From Chiloscyllium plagiosum (lineage: Eukaryota), in the NCBI RefSeq assembly GCF_004010195.1, contig NC_057719.1, forward strand, positions 88,901,274 through 88,946,904: 45,631 nt of DNA. Direction: 5' to 3'. A program made the translations under genes and the position numbers. Positions 35,921 to 45,631 of the stretch are shown one piece after another; position 1 is the first letter of the stretch; every line of letters begins with the position of its first letter. The notes beneath the pieces are model-generated. The model was not told where the DNA came from. It did no database searches and saw only the letters and a list, made by a program, of their open reading frames with translations.

Positions 35921-38294
35921 ATTCTTTTATATATATTTTTATTGAGAATTTTTTTCTTTAGAAAATTATAAAACTACAATAATATAACAATTTAAAATTA
36001 TAACAACAATTAAATGAACTAACTGCTGCCTTACTCTACACTCACAACAAATCTATAAATAAATAAATAAATAAAGCCACTCAGTGCAACCACTCCAAGT
36101 CTCCCAACCTGCGGGAACATTAATTATTACACCTGCATTTTTTAGGTATTCTTCTTCCCAGGGCACAAGGCTCACTAAAACCTCATCATCATGGCTAACC
36201 AAATGCCCTGATTAAAATGGCAGACAAGTCTGCTTCAAAGGTAATTCAAAGAAGGCTGCCCTGTCACATATGTGTATTCCTTATTCTGTTGCACCATGTT
36301 TGTGAGGACATCCAAAGGGGTGTGTTCCATAATTAATGTGTGTCACCCTGAAAGGCCCGGGGGATTCTCAGACACCCAGCTCATCCGAATGTTCTTCCTC
36401 GCGCAGTAAGTGAGAATGGTAAATAGCTTTTTCCCATGTGCGTCTCAGGAAGATAAATTCGGGAGACCCAAGAGCAGAGAGACCGGGTCTACCTTAACGT
36501 CGGTCCCCAGAACCCTCTTATTATTGCTGCCATAGCCCTCCTGTACCTATGAAGCTTGTGGCATGACCACAAACAATGAGTGAGGGTACCAGTGCTTAGT
36601 TTGCACTTGGGGCACATTGGGGATGCTCCATTTTTGTGTTTTGCCAGACAATCTAGGGCCAAATGTACCCTATGAAGAACCTTCAACTACAGACATGTAT
36701 TCTGTTACAGATCGAGATCTTTCTTACGTTCTCCCATGTCTCTAAAGAATCTCCACTCCCAACTCTTGCTCCCAGGTACCGCACCCCAATAGATGGTAAA
36801 GAGTACCAACAGAGAAGGTGCTTGTGGCATGAGACACTCTTCGTTCTGTATCAGACCTATAGGGGTTGGTCAAAAGTGCAGTCTTTTTTGGATAAAGTCC
36901 CTAACCTGAAAGTAACGGAAAAGATCTCTGCTGGGCAATCCATACTTGCAGCTCATTTGGCCAATGGACATCATGACCACCTCCTCAAATAGGTCTCCCA
37001 AACAGGATACTTGCCTGGTTGCCCGCAGTTTGAATCACATGGTCCATCATCCCTGCCGAAATCCCGGCGTACCAACTATCGGTGTAAAGAAAGCATGCTT
37101 TGACCACATTCATCATGATTGGATTCTGACAGTATACCATAACTGTCCTCATCTTATCCATAAACAACAGATTAGAAAGGGGGCACATTGCCTGGGAGGC
37201 CTTAATATCCAACCATATTGATCTTGGGTCCTCACAAGCCCAGTCACAAGGCGCAAAGGACAGAAGGGAGCTTAATTGGTATTTCTTAATATCCGGAAAG
37301 TCTATTCCCTCCACCCGTTGGGGTAACTGTAACTTGGCAAGCTTAATGAGGGGCCACCTGTGACACCAAATAAAAGAACTAAGCTAACCAGTAAGCCTCC
37401 GCAATGTTTGTCTGGGAAACATCAGAGGGAGCATTCACATGGGATATAACAGGTAAGGAAGGACATTCATTTTGATAAGGGCTATCTGACCTGACCAGGA
37501 GATTGGAAGGGCCTCCCATCTTTGAAGGTCTAGTCTAATCTTGTCATGCAAATGAGCAAAATTAGCCTTAAATAATTGATCAAAGGTGGGAATAACAAAA
37601 ATGTCGAATTAAAACAAATCCTCCTGTGACAATTTAAAAGGGAATCGTAATTTACCTTCAATATCAGGTATTCCGGTTAGACCACCTAATGTGCATAGCC
37701 TCCGATTTTGCAAAATTTATCTTATATCCCGAAAAAGAGCCAAATAAATTAATACATTGTATTAAAAAGGGTACAGAAACTGCCAGGTTTGATGAGAAGA
37801 GCAGAACATCATCTGCATATAATGCAATTTATATACCTTCGAACCCACTTCCGGGGCAGCTATATTCAGAGCCCTACCGATCGCCTCTGCCAGCAGCTCA
37901 ATCACCAGTGTAAACAGTAGCGATGATAGGGGACAACCTTGCTGACTGCCCCTACCGATACTGAAATTACTGGATCTTACATCACTGGGGAGAACCGCAG
38001 CCAGAGGGTCACTATACATTTGCCAAAGAACTCACCTAGACCAAGTTATTCCAGAGTAGAAAAGATATGGCCATTCCCCCGGATCAAATGTCTTCTCTGC
38101 GCCTAAAGAGATCACCAAACCCTGAACCGATCGCTGCTGACACACTTGGACAATATTCAGTAATCTTCCAATATATGGCCCTTTATAAAACCTATCTGGT
38201 CCTCTTCAACAATATAGGGTAACACCTTCTCCAATCTCAACGCAAATAAAATCTTGTTGTGGTTCTGTTCGCCGAGCTGGAAGTTTTTGTTGCA

Positions 38295-38328
38295 AACGTT
38301 TCGTCCCCTGGCTAGGCGACATCATCAG
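38295..38328 (-). ncRNA. Minimal hammerhead ribozyme core (PLE family B)
   Basis: Reverse complement CTGATGA-T-GTCGCCT-AGCC-AGGGGAC-GAAAC-GTT. Confidence 0.72.
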
Positions 38329-38452
38329 TGCTTGGGAGCCTCCTGCGAAGCGCTTCTTTGATGTTTCCTCCGGTGTTTATAGTGGTCCACTATAAACACT
38401 ATAAACACTGGAGGAAACATCAAAGAAGCGCTTCGCAGGAAGCTCCCAAGCA

Positions 38453-38486
38453 CTGATGATGTCGCCTAGCCAGGGGACGAAACGTT
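38453..38486 (+). ncRNA. Minimal hammerhead ribozyme core (PLE family B)
   Basis: GCA-CTGATGA-T-GTCGCCT-AGCC-AGGGGAC-GAAAC-GTT-TGC; GCA/TGC can form helix I. Confidence 0.75.
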
Positions 38487-39004
38487 TGCAACAAAAACTT
38501 CCAGCTCGGCGAACAGAACCACAACAACAAGCACCCGAGCTACAAATCTTCGCACAAACTTTAAATAAAATCTTGGATAACATTTTAAAATGCAAATTTA
38601 ACAGTGAAATGGACCTGTACGAAGCACAGTCCTCCGTGGTCTTCCCTTTCTCAAGAGTGAGAGAGATATTAGTCTCTCTCAGGGATGGTGGGAGTCAGTC
38701 ATGACTGTACGAACCCCAGCTGTACATGTCCAGCATCAGCCCTGACGGGATATTTATGAATTCTTTGTAGAATTCATTCGATGCCATCTCACTCTGGATC
38801 TGTCTTACTGCCTCCTGTATCTCTTGTGCTGTCAAGGGGGCATTAAGAAGAGGCACCTGTTCTGACGTCAAGCCTGGAAGGTCCAGGTTCTTAAAAAAAG
38901 ATTCTATCTTAGCCCCCAGATCCTAGCAGCATTCCGACCGATACAACTTAGAGTAAACGCTCTGAAATGCCGCATGTAAGAGCCCAAGTACCTTCTCTAG
39001 TTAA

Positions 39005-40816
39005 GTAAAAACAATGACTGCAGATGCTGGAAACCAGAGTCTAGATTAGAGTAGTGCTGGAAAAGCACAACAGTTCAGGCAGCATCCGAGGAGCAGTAAA
39101 ATTGACGTTTCGGGCAAAAGCCCTTCATCAGGAATACAGGCAGAGAGCCTGAAGGGTGGAGAGATAAATGAGAGGAGGATGGGGGTGGGGAGAAAGTAGC
39201 ATAGAGTACAATAGGTGAGTGGGGGAGAGAATGAAGGTGATAGGTGGAAAAGAAGATACGTAGGTAGGACAAGTCATGGGGACAGTGCTAAGCTGGAAGT
39301 TTGGAACTAGGATGAGGTGGGGGAAGGGGAAATGAGGAAACTTTTGAAGTCCACATTGATGCCCTGGGGTTGAAGTGTTCCGATGCAGAAGATGAGGCAT
39401 TCTTCCTCCAGGCGTCTGGTGGTGAGGGAGTGGCGATGAAGGAGGCCCAGGACCTCCATGTCCTCGGCAGAGTGGGAGGGGGAGTTGAAATGTTGGGCCA
39501 CAGGGCGGTGTGGTTGATTAATGCGGGTGTCCCAGAGATGTTCCCTAAAGCGCTCTGTTAGGAGGCATCCAGTCTCCCCAATGTAGAGAAGATCGCATCG
39601 GGAGCAACGGATACAATAAATGATATTGGTGGATGTGCAGGTAAAAGGGTGGGGAGGGAAATATATCCCTGGTGGTGGGGTCCGTTTGGAGGTGGTGGAA
39701 ATGTCGGCGGATGATTTGGTTTATGCAAAGGTTGGTAGGGTGGAAGGTGAGCACACGGGGCGTTCTATCCTTGTTACAGTTGGAGGGGTGGGGTCTGAGG
39801 GCAGAGGTGCGGGATGTGGACGAGATGTGTTGGAGGGCATCTTTAACCACGTGGGAAGGTCTCTAAAGAAGGAGGCCATCTGGTGTGTTTTGTGGTGGAA
39901 CTGGTCCTCCTGGGAGCACATACGGAGGAATTGGGAATACGGGATGGCATTTTTGCAGGAGGTAGGGTGGGAAGAGGTGTAATCCAGGTAGCTGTGGGAG
40001 TCGGTGGGTTTGTAAAAAATGTCAAGTCGGTCGTCATTAATGGAGATGGAGAGGTCCAGGAAGGGGAGGGAGGTGTAAGAGATGGTCCAGGTAAATTTAA
40101 GGTCAGGGTGGAATGTGTTGGTGAAGTTGATGAATTGCTCAATCTCCTTGCGGGAGCATGAGGTGGCGCCAATGCAGTCATCAATGTAGTGGAGGAAGAG
40201 GTGGGGAGTGGTGCCGATGTAATTACGGAAGATGGACTGTTCTACGTAGCCAACAAAGAGACAGGCATAGCTGGGGCCCACCCATACGGGTGCCCATGGC
40301 TACCCCTTTGGTCTGGAGGAAGTGGGAGGATTCGAAGGAGAAATTGTTAAGGGTGAGGACCAGTTCAGCCAGACGAATGAGAGTATCGGTGGAAGGCTGC
40401 TGTTGGGGGCGTCGGGAGAGGAAGAAACGGAGGGCTTGGTCATGGCGGATGGAGCTGTAGAGGGATTGGATATCCATGGTGAATATGAGGCGTTGGGGGC
40501 CGGGGAAACGGAAGTTTTGGAGGAGGTGGAGGGCGTGGGTGGTGTCTCGAACGTATGTGGGGAGTTCCTGAACTAAGGGGGATAGGACATTGTCGAGGTA
40601 GATGGGGATGAGTTCAGTGGGACAGGAGCATGCTGAGACAATGGGATGGCCAGGGTGGTCAGGCTTGTGGATCTTGGGAAGGAGGTAGAACCGGGCAGTG
40701 CAGGGTTCCCGGACTATGATGTTGAAAGCTGTGGGTGGGAGATCTCCTGAGGTGATGAGGTTCTGTATGGTCTGGGAGATGATGGTTTGGTGATGGGGGG
40801 GGTGGGGTCATGGTCG
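39005..40816 (-). mobile_element. PLE family A (tentatively Neptune-like), with RT and GIY-YIG, disrupted
   Basis: MDIQSLYSSI, KGVAMGTRMG, LHYIDDCIG (RT); NIIYCIRCSRCDLLYIGET..ERFREHL (GIY-YIG, about 39535-39627); hammerhead at 39104-39131. Confidence 0.95.
39104..39131 (-). ncRNA. Minimal hammerhead ribozyme core (PLE family A)
   Basis: Reverse complement CTGATGA-A-GGGC-TTTT-GCCC-GAAAC-GTC. Confidence 0.75.
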
Positions 40817-41625
40817 AATGTAATTGATTGGAGGGCGCTCTTTTTCCTGGCCAGATATGCCAGGTATTTGACTGGCCTATTGCCATGCTCAAACAGCTTT
40901 TGTTTTGCGAAAGAGAATTCTCTCTTCGATGTCTGAATGAGCATGGAGTTCAAAGCAACCCAGAGGGCTGTGATTTGCTGCAATTTAGTGATTGACAGTC
41001 TATTAAAAAAATACACTTTCTTGGCTGCATTCAACCATGCCATGAGCAAACGTTGCTGCTCTCCCTTCTGTCTCTTCCGGCTAGCCGAATAAGAGATAAC
41101 TATCCCCCTAGTAAAGGCCTTAGCAATCATCGAGAGTACGAGTCACACCCAAACTGACAGCCAAGAATGCTTTGAACTCACTCGAGAAGTACTCAACAAA
41201 CTTACTGTCCTTGAGAATAAAACGGTCCACCCAATAATCCTGGAACCTGTTCCGTTGCCCTTAATCTCGACCTCCAAATGCACTGCCGCATGATTGGAAA
41301 TGGCTATGTGCCCATTTTTATAGGACATCACTGAATCCAGAAAAACCAAAAATGCCATGAAAAGGTCAATCCTGGTATGATACCTGTGTGGATTAGAGAA
41401 AAAGGTGAAGTCCCTACCCATAGGATGGAGACAGCTCCAAATGTCCACCAGCCCCAATTCCACGCATAAGTCAACCAATTGCTTGGAGTGCGGAGAGACA
41501 TTTGGGGGACCTTTGGGCAGTCTATCCTCTATGGGGTCCATGAGGTGATTAAAATCTCTCCCTATAATAGTGTGCTGCATTCTGAAGGCAATCAGATTAA
41601 AAAGTGCATCAGTCATTACCCTTTC

Positions 41626-44478
41626 CATACCCCTCATGATTTTATAAACCTCTACATGGTCACCCCTCAGCCTCTAATGCTCCTGGGAAAACAGCACTGG
41701 ACTATTCAACCTCTCCCTATAGCACACATCCTCCAACCCTGGAAACATCCTTCTAAATTGTTTCTGAACCCTTTCAAGTCTCACAATATCTTTCCAATAG
41801 GAAGGAGACCAGAATTACACACAACTTCCAACAGTGACCTAACCAATGTCCTATACAGCCACAACATGACCTCCCAACTCCTGTACTCAATACTCTGACC
41901 AATAAAGGAAAGCATACCAAACGCCGTCTTCACTATCCTATCTATTCGTGACTCCACTTTCAAGGAGCTATGAACCTGCACTCCAGGGTCTCTTTGTTCA
42001 GCAACACTCCCTAGGACCTTACCATTAAGTGTTTAAGTTCTGCTAAGATTTGCTTTCCCAAAATGCAGCACCTCACATTTATCTAGATTTAATTCCATCT
42101 GCCACTTCTCAGCCCATTGGCCCATCTGATCAAGATCCCATTGTAATTGAAGGTGACCTTCTTCGCTGTCCACTTTACCTCTAATTTTGGTGTCATCAGC
42201 AAACTAACTATACCACTTATGCTCGCATCTGAATCATTTATATAAATGATGAAAAGTAGTGGACACAGCACTGATCCTTGTGGCACTCCACTGGTCACAG
42301 GCCTCCAGTCTGAAAAACAATCCTCCACCACCACCCTCTGTCTTCTACCTTTGAGCCAGTTCTGTATCCAAATGGCTAGTTCTCCCTGTATTCCATGAGA
42401 TCTAACCTTACTCATCAGTCTCCCATGGGGAACCTTGTCAAACACCTTACTGAAGTCCATGTAGATCACATCTACCGCTCTGCCCTCATCAATCCTCTTT
42501 TTTTACTTCTTCAAAAAACACAATCAAGCTTGTGAGACATGATTTCCCAAGCATAAAGCCATGTTGACAATCCCTAATCAGTCCTTGCCTTTCCAAATAC
42601 ATGTACATCCTGTCTTTCAGGATTCTCTCCAACAACTTGCCCACTACCAACGTCAGGCTCACTGGTCTATAGTTCCCTGACTTGCCCTTCCCACTTTTCT
42701 TAAACAGTGGCACCATGTTAGCCAACCTCCAGTCTTCCAGTACCTCACCTATGACTATCGATGATCCAAATATCTCTGTAAGAGGCCCAGCAATCACTTC
42801 CCTAGCTTCCCACAGAATTCTAGGGTACACCTGATAAGGTCCTGGGGATTTATCCACTGTTATGTGTTTCAAGACATCCAGCACTTCCTCCTCTGCAATA
42901 TGGAATTTTTCAAGATGACACCAGCTATTTCTCTACATTCTATATCTTCCATGTCTTTTCACCAGTAAATACTGATGCAAAATACTTGTTTAGTATCTGC
43001 CCCATCTCCTGTAGCTCCACACAAAGACTGCCTTGCTGATCTTTGAAGGGCCCTATTCTCTCCCTTTTGTCCATAATATATTTGTAAAAACCCTTTGGAT
43101 TCTCCTTAATTCTATATGCCAAAGCTATCTCATGTCCCCTTATTGCCCTCCTGATTTCCCTCTTAAGTATACTCCTACTTTATACTTTATGGATTCACTC
43201 CATCTATCTTGTCTATATGCTTCCTTCTTTCTCTTAACCAAACCCTCACTTTCTTTAGTCATCCAGCATTCCCTATAATTTTCCTCACAGAGCACTTCAG
43301 GGAACATCTCTGGGACACCCGCACCAATCAACTCCACCACCCCGTGGCTAAACATTTTCAACTCCCCCTCCCACTATGCCTAGGACATTCAGGTCCTGGG
43401 CCTCCTCCACAGCCGCTCCCTCACCACCTGACGCCTGGAGGAAGAACGCCTCATCTTCTGCCTCAGAACACTTCAACCCCCGGGCACCAGGACTTCACCA
43501 GTTTCCTCATTTCCCCTCCCCCCACCTTATCCCAGTTTCAACTTTCCAGCTCAGCACTGTCCTCATGACCTGTCCTAACTGCCAATCTCCCTTCCCACCT
43601 ATCCCTCCCCTCTGACCTATAATCACCTATTGGAAGCTTCTACCTTCTCCCCAGCTCTACCCTCTCCCCCCCACAACCCCCATTTACCTCTCCACCCTGG
43701 AGGCTCCCTGCCTTTATTCCTGACGAAGGGCTTCTGCCCAAAACGTCGATTTTCCTTCTCCTTGGATGCTGCCTGACCTGCTGTGCTTTTCCTGCGCCAT
43801 TCTAATCTAAACCCATGTTTTGTACCTTCTCTACTAGGTACATCCACATACTGAATCAGAAAATTTTCTTGTGCACACTTAACAAATTCCTCTCCATCTA
43901 AACCCTTAACACGATGGCAGTCCCAGTCTACGTTTGGAAAGTTAAAATCCCCTACCATAACCACCCTATTATTCTTACAGATAACTGAGATCTCCTTACA
44001 AGTTTGTTTCTCAATTTCTCTCTGACTATTGGGGGTCTATAATACAATCCCAATAGGATGATCATCCCTTTCTTATTTCTCAGTTCCACCCAAATAACTT
44101 CCCTGGATGTATTTCCGGAAGTATACTCCCGAAGTACAGCTGTAATGCTATCCCTTTTCAAAAACGCCACTCCACTTCCTCTCTTGCCTCCCTTTCTGTC
44201 CTTCCTGGAGCTTTTGCATCCTGGGACATTAAGCTGCCAGTCCTGTCCGTCCCTGAGTCACGTTTCTATAATTGCTATGATATCCCAGTCCCATGTTCCT
44301 AACCATGCCCTGAGTTCATCTGCCTTCCCTGTTAGGTCTCTTGCATTGAAATAAATGCGGTTTATTGTTCTCTGCTTTGTCCCTGCCTGCCCGGACTGTT
44401 TGACTTGCCTTCATTCTCAACTGTACCCGTCTCAGATTGAAATCTTTCCTCTCTATCTCCCTGGGTCCCACCCCATCC
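41626..44478 (-). mobile_element. CR1 LINE, most of ORF2 (APE and RT), disrupted
   Basis: IWVELRNKKG..YYRPP, VGDFNFPNVDW (APE); [35 protein letters not shown] (RT). Confidence 0.93.
43285..43812 (+). mobile_element. PLE family A 3' portion nested in CR1
   Basis: EHFREHLWDTRTNQLHHPVAKHF; mutated hammerhead CTGACGAAGGGCTTCTGCCCAAAACGTC at 43720-43747. Confidence 0.9.
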
Positions 44479-44480
44479 CC

Positions 44481-44850
44481 CACCAACGACTCGACCAGCT
44501 ATCCTTAGTAGCCACACACGCAGATGACAAGCAACATGAACTCGACTGGGACAACACTACTATTATCGGACAAGCCAAACAGAGAACAATCAGGGAATTC
44601 CTAGAGGCATGGCACTCATTTACAGATTCAATCAATAAGCACATCGACCTGGACCCAATATACCGGTCACTGCAACAGACAGCTGGAACAGGCAACCGGA
44701 AGCGGCAGATTCAAACCACTACAAATGCTGGAGGAAAGATCACAGAAGCGCTTCACAGGAGGCTCCCAAGCACTGAGGATGTTACCTAGACGGGGGACGA
44801 AACGTCTGCAACACAAATTCCCAGCTTTGCGAACAGAACCACAACAATGA
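44481..44850 (+). mobile_element. PLE family B (tentatively Poseidon-like) 3' end
   Basis: HELDWDNTTIIGQAKQRTIREFLEAWHS..INKHIDLDPIY (GIY-YIG C-terminal half); hammerhead CTGAGGA..GACGAAACGTC at 44773-44806. Confidence 0.85.
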
Positions 44851-45159
44851 GAACCATTATTGTCCATGTTCTTTGGACCTTATTCATTAGTGTCCAAAAA
44901 GTTATTTGCTTTTTCTGAGCAGGCAAAAACACAAGGTTACTTGGTGATTAAAGCAGAACACTGCCAGGTACCTGATAGAATATTGAATATCCAAATCACT
45001 CAGACTCTTCTTCACCTCATCGATGGACCTCTCCTTGCGGATCATGTCCACAGAAAAGTCTGAAAAAACATAATCTTTGATCCTTTCTAAATCAGGGTAT
45101 GAGGATCCTTTCCCAGTGATCTGAAGGCTTCCATTACCTTTTGTTCATTCCGGTAGGCT

Positions 45160-45631
45160 AACCAACTCATCCCACACGGACTCCGGACCACCTTTAAAGC
45201 AGCAGAGTTCGGACCCGAACAGGACAAACAGTATAGACTACAGATTCAAAAACACCAGCAACGGTTCTCCATCAAGATCCTCCACTCCACGCTTGCAGCA
45301 ATGCGCCGGCACCTAACCTCTCTACAGTCTGCCCTGCCTCAACTGAGGGCCACACTCTCTCAGAATTGCAAAGGACCCACTCTGTACTACATCCTCAGGA
45401 GAATTCATACTCTCAACAAACAGTATTTCAATTCCATCTCAAACATCAAAAACTGTAAGTACAACAAACCTTTATCCACCCACCTCCATAACCAGCGCTC
45501 CTCAAACATTCCAGAAGATTCCCCTGGCCACGGAAACACCATTAGCCATGCGGCTGATGCAGCTACCACCACCACGCTGATTGATGATGTCACTTCCGCC
45601 CCCATCATGGCCACTCCCACAACCACTTCCA
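45160..45631 (+). mobile_element. Probable N-terminal part of a long PLE ORF running off the window
   Basis: Stop-free frame NQLIPHGLRTTFKAAEFG..ILHSTLAAMRRHL..; an IPxGL motif is typical of PLE N-terminal regions; begins where L1 ORF1 homology stops. Confidence 0.55.

Larger units (their letters stand above)
38257..38562. mobile_element. Palindromic mini-PLE (family B) with a hammerhead on each strand
   Basis: 13-bp TSD AAATAAAATCTTG (38244-38256, 38563-38575); near-perfect inverted arms of about 130 bp centred at 38386; homologous to 44725-44850. Confidence 0.92.
35922..45158 (-). mobile_element. Second L1 LINE, fragmented by nested insertions (ORF2 about 36190-41620; ORF1 C-terminus about 44855-45158)
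   Basis: GRDFN..DFTFFSNPHRYHTRIDLF, RGSQQGCPLSSLLF, CPKCKLSTGTLTHCLWSC; ORF1 KVMEAFRSLGKDP..GSKIMFF; minus-strand AATAAA at 35938-35943. Collinear with the L1 at 16620-22370. Confidence 0.9.

Overview
Eukaryotic, repeat-dominated genomic DNA. The mix of HE1-type V-SINEs, CR1, L1, Tx1 and Penelope-like elements suggests a cartilaginous fish (inference). No intact host protein-coding gene is visible. The left end (about 140-750) is a CpG-rich promoter with eight CCAAT boxes and a likely first exon on the minus strand. A diverged 70-bp satellite array (about 4.0-16.4 kb and 25.0-29.8 kb, plus an inverted block near 35.1-35.6 kb) carries many insertions: two solo LTRs, SINEs, CR1 pieces, Penelope-like elements (PLEs) and a decayed Gmr1-like Gypsy element that itself holds a full-length L1. 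The right third is a second L1 on the minus strand with several nested insertions. The most striking signal is a set of more than a dozen minimal hammerhead-ribozyme cores (CUGANGA-stem-GAAACGUH) carried by two PLE families. Three of these sit in short, non-coding, fold-back cassettes flanked by target-site duplications (TSDs). Two assembly gaps lie inside PLE copies. Boundaries without a stated TSD are approximate.
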